This document shows, one piece after another, positions 47,905 to 56,609 of a stretch of DNA of 64,000 nt. The position numbers and the translations under genes were made by a program. Position 1 is the stretch's first letter; each line of letters starts with the position of its first letter. Source of the DNA: a virus (Duplodnaviria; Caudoviricetes); IMG/VR virus record IMGVR_UViG_2690315628_000002, positions 8,517 through 72,516 of that record. One strand, written 5' to 3'. Below the pieces are notes generated by a model, which was not told the origin of the DNA, did not search any database, and saw only the letters and a list, made by a program, of their open reading frames with translations.

Positions 47905-48000
47905 GGCAGCAGGGCAGCAGGGCAGCAGGGCAGCAGGGCAGCAGGGCAGCAGGGCAGCAGGGCAGCAGGGCAGCAGGGCAGCAGGGCAGCAGGGCAGCAG
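47905..48000 (+). repeat. Perfect tandem repeat (GGCAGCAG)x12
   Basis: Read directly; 96 bp. Confidence 0.97.
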
Positions 48001-48005
48001 GCAAC

Positions 48006-48029
48006 AAAAAACCCGCCACAACGGGCGGG
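48006..48029 (-). terminator. Intrinsic terminator of the cos-proximal leftward operon
   Basis: CCCGCC/GGCGGG stem followed by T6 on the minus strand. Confidence 0.8.
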
Positions 48030-48051
48030 CTGAAGGCGGGAAGGGTTCGGT

Positions 48052-49227
48052 TCAACTCATTACGTTAGCAAGCAAAGCCGCCCCATACAAAGCAATCCCA
48101 ATCGAGACCGGCATGAAATACCATTTGCCGCGCAACCGTTCCCATAGGCCTGAATCCGGCTTATAGGTCACTTCATTCGATACCGTCGGCACGGTTGCCG
48201 GTTGAACGGCTGGACGCGCCACGCCAACACTATGCAGCGGTTTGGAGCCACGAGACACGGCAACCTTGCAAGCCGGCATAGGCGCGCCGCTGGCGTTCGG
48301 CACGGACACAATAGCTTGCCCGGTTCCAAGTCCCGCAATGTCGGCAGCCGTGATATTGCCCGGCATGGTATCGGCTGCCGCCTTCAATGCCTTTTGGTGG
48401 ACTGGAGTCGAGCCGCGCAACGCGTGCTGGATCCGCGTGGCCAATTGCCCGCTAATGACGTGCGGCAGGTCAGACGGCGCTTGCGTCACATAAATCAGGC
48501 CGACTCCCTTGGATCGAATAAGCCGCGTGATTTGCTCGATACGTTGCACAATGGCAGGGCTTGCGCCGTCGAAAACCAAATGCGCCTCATCGATCATGAC
48601 CATCAGACCAGGCGTGCCAGCGTCGCCAATTTCACCGAGACCGCGATAAAGCGATTCCAGCACATGCGCGACAAATGCGCCATAGAGGCCGGGCAGGTGG
48701 GTTAGGTCTGAGGCCGCATAAACGGTTATGCCTGCCGTGTCCCTTGGATCATGCCGGGCACTGCCAAAAGCCCATGCCGCGCCGCGCTCGAGCCGCAACA
48801 TGGCACGTTGAACGGCAGAAACGGAAACAGGCGATATCAGGCCGTATGAAACGGACAGGTTTACCCGCGTGGCGTCGTTCAGGAGCTGGCGCAAGTCCTG
48901 CAGCGTGGCGACGGCGCGACCGGTATCTTCAGCCCATGCAAGAGCAATGGCCAATGCGCCCGCTTGCGCCTCCGATAGGTTCAGGGCGCGTGCGATCAAG
49001 TCCGCCCCCAAATCATCGATGCGCATTTGCGGGCATATCAGAGATGAGCCTAGCGACTCCAAGTCGCCTTTAGCATCCAGCACCAAAACCGGACACGGGC
49101 AGCGTTCCGCGATCGCTCCTAGCGTCGTGGTTTTACCCGTGCCCGTGGCGCCGAAAATGCCGACATGGCGCGGCAGATACCGGTAGGGAATCTGTGCGCC
49201 CGGTCCGATGGAAAGGGAATAGGTCAT
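48052..49227 (-). CDS. DUF853/HerA-like P-loop ATPase with C-terminal TM anchor
   Basis: RHVGIFGATGTGKT, LDAKGDL, MIDEAHLVF, RLIRSKGVGLIYVTQAPSDLP, RIQHALR; C-terminal WYFMPVSIGIALYGAALLA. Confidence 0.85.
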   Translation of the reverse strand: MTYSLSIGPGAQIPYRYLPRHVGIFGATGTGKTTTLGAIAERCPCPVLVLDAKGDLESLGSSLICPQMRIDDLGADLIARALNLSEAQAGALAIALAWAEDTGRAVATLQDLRQLLNDATRVNLSVSYGLISPVSVSAVQRAMLRLERGAAWAFGSARHDPRDTAGITVYAASDLTHLPGLYGAFVAHVLESLYRGLGEIGDAGTPGLMVMIDEAHLVFDGASPAIVQRIEQITRLIRSKGVGLIYVTQAPSDLPHVISGQLATRIQHALRGSTPVHQKALKAAADTMPGNITAADIAGLGTGQAIVSVPNASGAPMPACKVAVSRGSKPLHSVGVARPAVQPATVPTVSNEVTYKPDSGLWERLRGKWYFMPVSIGIALYGAALLANVMS

Positions 49228-49442
49228 TTGACGAAAGCCATATAGAGCATGACGAGAAATCCGCCCAATCCAAGACCCGTCGCAACTGCAAGGGCAAAAC
49301 CGTTAAAGGCGAAACGGTCTTTCTGATAATCATTCTTTTCCGCCACGTATGCCGCATGGTTTTTAATCAATGCGATGACAGCGGGAAAACCGATTGCGCC
49401 AAACATGGCAGCGACAAAAAGCAAGGGGCCGGTATTAGACAT
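49224..49442 (-). CDS. Small two-TM membrane protein coupled to the ATPase
   Basis: Two hydrophobic helices; ATGA overlap; AGGAG SD. Confidence 0.7.
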   Translation of the reverse strand: MSNTGPLLFVAAMFGAIGFPAVIALIKNHAAYVAEKNDYQKDRFAFNGFALAVATGLGLGGFLVMLYMAFVK

Positions 49443-49502
49443 TGGATAACTCCTCTTGAATCCGTCGCAACCGGCCTATTCATACAGCCGGTTGAAAGAG
49501 AC

Positions 49503-49724
49503 TCAAGCCGTGACGTAGTCGCTCATACTTTGGTGAAGGAAGGCGGGCAGGGTGGTTTCATCGCTCGACTCGTCCGCCGCGTCATATTGATCCCGCCATG
49601 TGCTGGCGTCGTCGCCCTGCAAAAAGAATTCTCGTCCGTCCGTTTCATTGACGACGGCATAGGCCAGCCCGTTGCCATATGAGGTGATAGCAAAGCTTCC
49701 GATATGCCAAGTTGCCTGTTTCAA
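49503..49724 (-). CDS. Small acidic hypothetical protein (TTG start)
   Basis: GGAGG SD within an operator; MKQATWHIGS.. Confidence 0.6.
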   Translation of the reverse strand: MKQATWHIGSFAITSYGNGLAYAVVNETDGREFFLQGDDASTWRDQYDAADESSDETTLPAFLHQSMSDYVTA

Positions 49725-49752
49725 GGTTGAATTCCTCCTTAAACGTGAAATT

Positions 49753-50211
49753 TTAGGCGTAAATCTGCCCGTCGTCGCCGACAACCAAATCCACGTTGCC
49801 GAATTCCTTGCTTGCCTCAGTGAGCGCGCTTGCAGCCGGTTCCGGCCAGTCACCATCCCAAAAGCCCGCGCCATGGTCGCAACGGGTTAGCCAAAAATCG
49901 TGTCCTGCCATGGCGGCCTCACGTGCAGCAATTGAGCCTTCAAATTCACGCGACAATGGCGCGTCGTCGCAATGGATATGCTCTTTGTTTGCGTCATAGA
50001 AACGGGCGCAATCGGCAAGCATGGATTCAAGCGTTTCGGGTGCAATGTCGGAAATATCATAATTGCGGTCTAGCGGTTCCCCGCCGCTTTCGTCGGACTC
50101 GTCATTGCTAGACCATAGCGCCGTGCCAACATAGGAGCGGAAAAAGTGCCATTCAACGCTGTGACCGGAAACCGGGCTATCGGCGCGCATTGCTTCAAGA
50201 GTGGCTGTCAT
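49753..50211 (-). CDS. Acidic early phage protein
   Basis: YVGTALWSS..AGHDFWLTRCDHGAGFWDG. Confidence 0.7.
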   Translation of the reverse strand: MTATLEAMRADSPVSGHSVEWHFFRSYVGTALWSSNDESDESGGEPLDRNYDISDIAPETLESMLADCARFYDANKEHIHCDDAPLSREFEGSIAAREAAMAGHDFWLTRCDHGAGFWDGDWPEPAASALTEASKEFGNVDLVVGDDGQIYA

Positions 50212-50224
50212 GTTGATAAACCCC

Positions 50225-51025
50225 CTAATGATTGATCTGTGTTGCGGATGGCGACCACATAAACCCGCAAGCTTCAACGTCGCTTTTGAATTCTGACATG
50301 AGGCGTCCATGACGCGATTCAAGCAACGCCTTCAATTCATCACGCGGCAGGCTCAATTGTTCGTCGGTAGCATCAGGCCAGACGGCTGCATTTCGAGCGG
50401 CTGCAAAATCCCGCGCCTTACCTTCACCCACGCGGCACCATGGGCGGTATTCCAGGGTGTAAGGGCAATCGGGCTTTTCTTCACCGTCAATATTCTTTTC
50501 GATCTCGTGCAATGCGAATTCGTCACCGGCTGGACCGATTGCCATTAGACGCCATGCGGGCTGTTTTGTGCGACCGTTGATAATTTGACGGCGTTCACCT
50601 TTGAGCAAGCCGTTATAATCGCGGTCACTGGCATGATAGATCGTATTGGCGATATAGTGCATAGGTCCGTCACTAGACGTCAGATGCCATTTGATGAGCG
50701 GCGCAAGCTTAGGGAATACCTTTGCAATCTCATCATGGGCGGCACCGCCGCCAAATTCGCGCCATGCGCCCGCCCGCCATTCGTCAATATCGCAAGTGAT
50801 GGAAAATGTGTTGTGCCCGTTGCGGCATTCATCATCAAAGCGGATTTTGACGCGCATGCGAAGTTTCGCCCCGTGGTCTCGATATTCGCGGCTTGCCGCC
50901 CACTTCTGACTAGTGAATGTGTTTTCCTTGTAGTTTTTGCCGCCGACAGTGCGGGCAAACATGCGACCGGCAACGCCGTTGATTGCGTGGGCGTACTCTT
51001 CAGTCACAACAGGTGAATTTGTCAT
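50225..51025 (-). CDS. Early hypothetical phage protein
   Basis: DDECRNGHNTFSIT..HDEI..LIKWHL..GPMHYIAN; SD within an operator. Confidence 0.7.
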   Translation of the reverse strand: MTNSPVVTEEYAHAINGVAGRMFARTVGGKNYKENTFTSQKWAASREYRDHGAKLRMRVKIRFDDECRNGHNTFSITCDIDEWRAGAWREFGGGAAHDEIAKVFPKLAPLIKWHLTSSDGPMHYIANTIYHASDRDYNGLLKGERRQIINGRTKQPAWRLMAIGPAGDEFALHEIEKNIDGEEKPDCPYTLEYRPWCRVGEGKARDFAAARNAAVWPDATDEQLSLPRDELKALLESRHGRLMSEFKSDVEACGFMWSPSATQINH

Positions 51026-51053
51026 ATCTTGAATTCCTCTTTAAACGTGAAAT

Positions 51054-51995
51054 TTAGCGCAAGACGACGCAACCGGCGCCTTCGTTGAATGCTCCCTGCA
51101 GCCGTTCGTCGCCCGGCCAAAAATAGAGCGAGTCCGCTTCGCCTTCCTTGAGGCGTTCCATGCGCTGAAAAATGGTTTCCCGTTCGCTCAATTCCTCTTT
51201 GATGGATGAACGCAGCCGAGCTTTCAGGCTATCGGGCAGGGCGCGCAACGTGGCGCATGCACCTTTTATGTCGCGGATGGTCTGGCGAACTGACTCACGG
51301 ATTGCGGCCAAGTCCTGAAGGCAACCGGCATACTGAGAACCGGCCTGCCATGCGGTTTGATATTCGCGTTCCTTTTCAGCTTCCGATTCTGCGAAATCAT
51401 TCGCGGCGCGTGCGGCTTCTTTCTTTGCCGTCTCATGCGCGGATTCAGCCCAATAACCGTGTTTCAGCATGGCGGGCGTCTGATAACGCTTGCTGATAGT
51501 TTCCAGCGCTGTGAACATTTCGTGTTTGAAATTGGACCGGTAAACCGTGGAAAAGTCGACATATGCAGGCCCGCCGCAATCTGCCGCGCCGTTATCCTCA
51601 TTGTCATGGGCGGCCACAAAGCGCGCCTTGCCGCCACGGCCGGGCAACTGATAGACGCAGCCGCGAATCTTACCGTCTTGATGTGGGTCTGTGAACCATC
51701 CCGTATGACGGATGGAGTCGCTGATAACGTCGCAATAACCGACGAAACGGAGTCCCATTGCGGCGGGGTTCTCGATCCACCTGCAGCCGGTTTCAGCGCT
51801 GCCATTGGTGACGGGCTTTGCCCATGGGCTTGACGCATAACGGCGTACCGAATTCACAGCGTCACGGCGTGCCTTATCAAGGGCAGCAACTGCAAACGTC
51901 GTCGGAATACCCTTAAGCCCGTCACGGGTAGGGTTCCAACGCGAAAGCGCCGTGGCGCGATGATAGCGATACGCCGATAATAATAACTCGTTCAT
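51054..51995 (-). CDS. Early hypothetical phage protein
   Basis: 313-aa ORF; IRHTGWFTD; C-terminal coiled coil. Confidence 0.7.
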   Translation of the reverse strand: MNELLLSAYRYHRATALSRWNPTRDGLKGIPTTFAVAALDKARRDAVNSVRRYASSPWAKPVTNGSAETGCRWIENPAAMGLRFVGYCDVISDSIRHTGWFTDPHQDGKIRGCVYQLPGRGGKARFVAAHDNEDNGAADCGGPAYVDFSTVYRSNFKHEMFTALETISKRYQTPAMLKHGYWAESAHETAKKEAARAANDFAESEAEKEREYQTAWQAGSQYAGCLQDLAAIRESVRQTIRDIKGACATLRALPDSLKARLRSSIKEELSERETIFQRMERLKEGEADSLYFWPGDERLQGAFNEGAGCVVLR

Positions 51996-52027
51996 GGTTG
52001 AATTCCTCTTTTAAGTTGAAAGCGTGG

Positions 52028-52120
52028 TTACAGAAAAAGCGGCGCTATGAGCTGGCCGAACTGGAGACCGGCTAACAGAACTGCGGGGAGGGCGACGGGT
52101 AACAAAAGCGGGTGGATCAT
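52028..52120 (-). CDS. Possible 30-aa hydrophobic peptide
   Basis: MIHPLLLPVALPAVLLAGLQFGQLIAPLFL* fills the gap between two genes. Confidence 0.4.
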   Translation of the reverse strand: MIHPLLLPVALPAVLLAGLQFGQLIAPLFL

Positions 52121-52128
52121 GACGACAC

Positions 52129-52746
52129 CTACGCGAAGAATTCAGCCGCCTTGGCAATCTGCCATGCGTCATTCCAGAGGGCTAAATCTGCCGCTTCTTC
52201 GGGATTGGTAAGGAATGCCGGTTCACGCTCGAAAGTGACTTTGAACGCGTCAAGCATCACCATGTTGGCGTCGCAAAAGTCATGTGTGTGGCAGGCGGCG
52301 GAGTCGTTCCGGTTCAACTCGATAACGGCGCGAAAGTCCGCACGGCTCAATTCCTCTTGCACCTTGGTACCGAATTCGCGGGCAAGGACAATCTTGTCGC
52401 CGATTGTGGCGGCAGGTGTCACGACGTGACCGCCTAGCGCAAGGTCAAATGCGTCCGCCGCTGCCAAGGCTTCGGCAACACTTGCGGCCTCTACACAACG
52501 TTCCACATAGTCGCCATTGTCATTATGAGCGCCGACAATCCATGTGCCATCCTCGGATACATGATCGCAACCGCCTACGTCAGTGATAAGCACTTTCCAG
52601 CCGGTTTCATCTACCTGCCGTTCCCATGCGGATGTGCCGCCGCCATTGTGTCCAACGTGGAAATTAGACGCGGCAAAGAGTTTGCCCGTTTCCGTCAATT
52701 CGGCTGCAGCGGCCATTTCATTAAAGCGTGTCCAAAAATCGGTCAT
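52129..52746 (-). CDS. First gene of the cos-proximal early operon, hypothetical
   Basis: GGAG SD; CHTHDFCDANMVM. Confidence 0.7.
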   Translation of the reverse strand: MTDFWTRFNEMAAAAELTETGKLFAASNFHVGHNGGGTSAWERQVDETGWKVLITDVGGCDHVSEDGTWIVGAHNDNGDYVERCVEAASVAEALAAADAFDLALGGHVVTPAATIGDKIVLAREFGTKVQEELSRADFRAVIELNRNDSAACHTHDFCDANMVMLDAFKVTFEREPAFLTNPEEAADLALWNDAWQIAKAAEFFA

Positions 52747-52772
52747 CGGTTCGCGTGTCTCCGTTTCGATAA

Positions 52773-52829
52773 TTCCAATCTAAACGTGAAATATGCGAAG
52801 CGCAAGAGACATTCACATTAAAAGTGAAA
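52773..52829 (-). promoter_or_regulatory. Leftward early promoter with two operators
   Basis: Minus strand TTGCGC-17-TAGATT; operators 52775-89 and 52813-27. Confidence 0.7.
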
Positions 52830-52925
52830 GTTAGTTTGTTCGGCCTGGTTTCCTGCAGGCGGATACAATGAGGGCGATGACTGCCCGTCTTCCTGCTTAC
52901 ATCATCGACGATACAGGCCGCTGCC

Positions 52926-53015
52926 TCTCAATGCGTCTGTACGTGTGTTGAGCTGGCGTCATCGTCTCAATGCGTCTCGCGTCACTGCTACCGGGCAACG
53001 TGTCTCAATGCGTCT
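52926..53015 (+). repeat. Three direct repeats TCTCAATGCGTCT, period 38-39 bp
   Basis: Exact copies at 52926, 52965, 53003. Confidence 0.9.
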
Positions 53016-53102
53016 CGATAAGGTGCAAATGGGCTGTATCACATCATGCGATAGGATCGATTATCGCTAAAAGATAAACTAAAACAATAACATAGTGGCT
53101 TT

Positions 53103-53175
53103 GGGTCCTTCCTGGGGGTGGCCTGCGGGGGGCGGGAGACACCGACCGCGATTCACGCGCAATTTGAAAATTTCG
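53103..53175 (+). other. Lambda-like cos region (cosQ-cosN)
   Basis: GGGTCCT (lambda cosQ sequence) at 53103, G-rich stretch, CGCG at 53147, TGAAAATTT at 53165, in the same order as the lambda end junction; consistent with a GpA terminase. Confidence 0.65.
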
Positions 53176-53249
53176 GCAACGAAACGACTTTTGATGCGTA
53201 ATACTGTAACGTTTGGCAGAGAAAATGGGATAAAATCGAACAGGGAAAC

Positions 53250-53560
53250 CGCTCTCAGTCTGGTTTCAGAGTGAGAGTTAGAGTGAGCGCAAAAAACGTA
53301 ATGATTTCAATGGAGTCTCACTCTCTCTAATTCTCAGTCTAAAAGTAAAGTAAGATAGATATAGAGGGAGGAAACGGTGCGAAGCACCAGACAGTGGAAG
53401 TGATGAAAAGGGGTAAATAAGAAAAAGAATAAGGAAAGGGGGTGAATCTAGTGAGATATGTGAGAGCGCTTTGTAAGTTATTGAAAATGAAGAATAAAGT
53501 CTCTCACATGGGGCTCTCTCACATCTGAGACCCGTATGAGAGTGGGTGAGAGCGCGTCGG
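53250..53560. other. Probable replication origin (iteron-like GTGAGA/TCTCAC repeats around an A-rich core)
   Basis: Many direct and inverted GTGAG(A) words; A/G-rich tract 53340-53440; just downstream of the primase-helicase gene. Confidence 0.5.
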
Positions 53561-53667
53561 CTCAGATTGATTTAAACCGATTTCCTTTAAAACATGCGTT
53601 TAATTCGGTCTTGCGTTAGTTCGAATGTAACCCATCTTCTCGGAAATCGAATACAGCGCATCACAGC

Positions 53668-53689
53668 AAAAACCCCGCCGAAGCGGGGT
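53668..53689 (-). terminator. Intrinsic terminator after primase
   Basis: ACCCCGC-TTCG-GCGGGGT plus T-run on the minus strand. Confidence 0.8.
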
Positions 53690-53716
53690 GAAATGCGACT
53701 GAAACGATGATCGATT

Positions 53717-56137
53717 TTATTCCAACTGCTCCGGTCGGGTGTATATGCGGCATTTTCCGTATTTCTTGTTCAATTCGTGGCCGCTCACCGGTCCCTTGGA
53801 CCTATCCCAACCAACGAGCTGCAGCGCCTTACCAATCTTAATTGCGCTCGTGTGTGGGATATCGCCATCGCGCCCCATCATTTCTCGCCAGACCTGCGAC
53901 ATGCAGGTTTCGTTCCGGTAGACCTTGGGAATGTCGTCGTCCAGATCGTCAAATTCTGCCCCAAGCGGTGTGTCCAGCCATGCAGTGATCACGCCAGCCA
54001 ATTCTTCTTCCGGCGTCTCTACGCGTCGGCTTTCCTGCATTTCGAGGGCGATCTGCGCGGCTTCGTGTTTCATGTAAAGCGGCAGTGCTGGCAGATGTGC
54101 GTAATCCTTCGACATCTGCTGATAGATCGACACCGCCTCGGCCCAAATCTGCATGACGTTGGCCCGGAATTTCAGATTGTCGATCTGCCTGTCGCCGGGA
54201 AGGTTGCAGACGATAGGCCAGAAGCGCCGGCCACCGGTCTGGTCTCGCAGGTACTCGCGGTCGTTGGTCGATCCGATGAAGATGCACTGGCGACCGAACT
54301 CTTTCGCGCGCTTCTCCCACGCCAGGCGGGCTTTGTCGTGCGTGCGGCTAACGAATGCCTTCAGGTCGTTGACCTCGGATCGCTGCATGGCGGAAAGCTC
54401 ACCCAGTTCAAGGATCCATTTGCCCTGCATCACCTCGATCATCTGCTTTGGGTCACCAACATCGCCGGTCAGTTCACCATACCATTGGAGCCCTAGGACT
54501 TCGATGAAGGTGGATTTACCCTTGCCCTGAACACCTTCCAGGATCGGGACGAAATCAAACTTGTGACCGGGCTGGAAGATGCGCGCCACGGCGCCGACGA
54601 GGGTGAGTAGGGCGGCTTGTCGGTTGTAGGTGTTGTCCTCGCAGCCGAGATAGTCGACGAACATCGTCTCTGCGCGGGGAACACCGTCCCATTCGACGGA
54701 CGTGATGACTTCCTTGACCGGGTGAAACGTCCGCTTGTGCGCGGCCATGTCGATCGCGCCGCGTAAATCACGGTCGGAAACCTTGATGCCGTAGCCTTGA
54801 AGCTGCGTTTTGGTCTCGATCAGCGATCTGATGGCGATATCGTGGCTGTCGGTCCAGTTGTCTCCGTTCAGGTCGTCTTTTACCCGCCAGATCGAACTGT
54901 CGAGGTTGACTGGCTCGTAGGCAGCGTCGCGCTTCTTTTTCGCCCGCTTAGGTGCTGCTCGAAGCACCACTTCCTGTGCAAATTCGTTGAAATGGGCGAT
55001 CCCGCGGACGCGCAGATCGTTTTCTACAATGAGATTGATATTCGGAAGGGTGGTCTTTAACTCGCCTTCCTCGTTGCGATGAAATCGCTGCATCCAGTTG
55101 GGGTCGACCTCGTCGACAATCTCCGCTTTCGCGGGAACTGGGGAGGGCCCGTCGCCTAAAAGGTCGGCGAGATCTATGACCGGTTTGTCAAAGTCAGTTT
55201 CGATGTCGATGTCGAGATCGAGATCCTGCGACATGCGATTACTGTTTGCCGCCTGGATCAGCGTGCGGAAGGTGACCGGGTGCGGCTTGCCCTTGAAGGA
55301 ATTCCACCTGACCTCGGAATATTTACGATCAAACTTGGCAGATTGCTCGGACCAGTCGCACCAGGCCTCGAAGCCTTCATCCTCGCCACGGAACTGGTGA
55401 TGGAAGGCCATGCCGACGGTCAGCCAGTAATCGCGATCTTCGACCCAGTCTTCCGGCAGGTCGTCGAGGATGGCTTGAATTTCTTCTTCGTCGATGTCGA
55501 GTGGGTCGGCGCGGACGATTGCAAAAAGGTCGTCATCGTCAGGCTCGGCAGCCGCTGCGCGGGCGCCGCTGATCTTTGCGACCATCAATTCTGTGAAATC
55601 CAGATCGAGCGGGCGCTCCCACCGATAGGGTTTACCGGTGTCGGGATGGATTGAAGGCGGAATGGCGACTTGGGTTCCGGTGCCTTTGAGGTCGATTTCC
55701 CAGTCGTTCTTTTTTACGTCACGACCCTTCTTCTGGTCGAACACCATCTCGAAGCCGTCAGACTTCCGCAGCTTTTTGCTGGCGAGAGGCTCGGTCGAGA
55801 GAAAGTAGATGTGGCGGCTCTCTCCGCCCGAGCCTGAGATGACCCGAGGCAGGTTTTTCGCTGCCGGCATCATTTCTAACAAGGCTGACCATGCCTCGTT
55901 TGCTTTGGCAGGTTTGCGGATATCGAGGTCGATGACATGGAGATATAATCCGTCGATTTTTGACGGTTCTCCGGTTCTCAGGCCGACATTGTTGCCCTGA
56001 CGATATGAGCCTCGAAGCTGCTCGGCCGAGTAGCGCGGTGCGGTAGACCAATAGTCTTCGATCGGCATCTTGTCGCGAGGTCGCAGCCAATGCAGCGCGG
56101 CACCCGCGTCGACGAGAGCGAGGTTTTCGGTGAGCAT
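53717..56137 (-). CDS. Primase-helicase (Prim-Pol, PriCT-2, VirE/VapE ATPase)
   Basis: NVGLRTG..VIDLD..SGSGGESRHIY..PPSIHPDTG; WLTVGMA..WCDWS; LEGVQGKGKST, ELGEL, GSTN..DQTGGRRF. Confidence 0.9.
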   Translation of the reverse strand: MLTENLALVDAGAALHWLRPRDKMPIEDYWSTAPRYSAEQLRGSYRQGNNVGLRTGEPSKIDGLYLHVIDLDIRKPAKANEAWSALLEMMPAAKNLPRVISGSGGESRHIYFLSTEPLASKKLRKSDGFEMVFDQKKGRDVKKNDWEIDLKGTGTQVAIPPSIHPDTGKPYRWERPLDLDFTELMVAKISGARAAAAEPDDDDLFAIVRADPLDIDEEEIQAILDDLPEDWVEDRDYWLTVGMAFHHQFRGEDEGFEAWCDWSEQSAKFDRKYSEVRWNSFKGKPHPVTFRTLIQAANSNRMSQDLDLDIDIETDFDKPVIDLADLLGDGPSPVPAKAEIVDEVDPNWMQRFHRNEEGELKTTLPNINLIVENDLRVRGIAHFNEFAQEVVLRAAPKRAKKKRDAAYEPVNLDSSIWRVKDDLNGDNWTDSHDIAIRSLIETKTQLQGYGIKVSDRDLRGAIDMAAHKRTFHPVKEVITSVEWDGVPRAETMFVDYLGCEDNTYNRQAALLTLVGAVARIFQPGHKFDFVPILEGVQGKGKSTFIEVLGLQWYGELTGDVGDPKQMIEVMQGKWILELGELSAMQRSEVNDLKAFVSRTHDKARLAWEKRAKEFGRQCIFIGSTNDREYLRDQTGGRRFWPIVCNLPGDRQIDNLKFRANVMQIWAEAVSIYQQMSKDYAHLPALPLYMKHEAAQIALEMQESRRVETPEEELAGVITAWLDTPLGAEFDDLDDDIPKVYRNETCMSQVWREMMGRDGDIPHTSAIKIGKALQLVGWDRSKGPVSGHELNKKYGKCRIYTRPEQLE

Positions 56138-56156
56138 GGATTACTATCCCGTTCGA

Positions 56157-56441
56157 TCAGGGAATGGGGAGGAACGGAATCAGGTCGGTTTTAGTGAGTC
56201 GGTCCTTTTCGTCCGGTCGATCGGCATTGGCTGAAACCTCCAGAAGCGACGAAATTGCCTTCGGAGATAACTTGTTCTCATGGAACCAGCGATAGATCGT
56301 GAAACGAGCGTTTTCAGTGGCTTCGCTTAACAGGCGCGTATTCACCTTCCCATCGTGAACGTACTCCGATGGGAGCTTGTCGCGCAGGAGGCTGTAAAGC
56401 GCACCTTCGTACAGCTCCTTGGTATTCGTAGGCTGATCCAT
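56157..56441 (-). CDS. Cro-like HTH regulator
   Basis: LLSEATENARFTIYRWF HTH; divergent region with four operators. Confidence 0.65.
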   Translation of the reverse strand: MDQPTNTKELYEGALYSLLRDKLPSEYVHDGKVNTRLLSEATENARFTIYRWFHENKLSPKAISSLLEVSANADRPDEKDRLTKTDLIPFLPIP

Positions 56442-56465
56442 ATTCAAACCCCTAATGAAACATGG

Positions 56466-56583
56466 TGGCACCTTAGTCGTGCGAATTCAAAATTTCAACA
56501 TAGGTGAGAAATAATTCCAACAGAGTGTTGCAACTTAGGCCGGCTCGTGCCATAAAAATTGAAATTGCACGAGAGAAGTGTAA
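56466..56583. promoter_or_regulatory. Divergent control region with four operator copies
   Basis: GCAC-N7-GTGC 56468, TCAA-N7-GAGA 56495, CCAA-N7-TTGC 56517, GCAC-N7-GTGT 56567. Confidence 0.65.
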
Positions 56584-56609
56584 TTCACCACCGACCCATG
56601 GAGACATCA

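Noticed and set aside
47824-48166. ORFs with CCPAALLP or AAGQQGSR repeats
   Set aside because: They are translations of the (GGCAGCAG)n array, cross a terminator and lack an evident RBS.
47905-52800. Restriction-site or GANTC avoidance in the cos-proximal segment
   Set aside because: GATC and GANTC sites are readily found there; depletion cannot be supported without k-mer counts.
52926-53015. CRISPR mini-array
   Set aside because: Repeats are only 13 bp with 25-26-bp spacers, and no cas operon is present.
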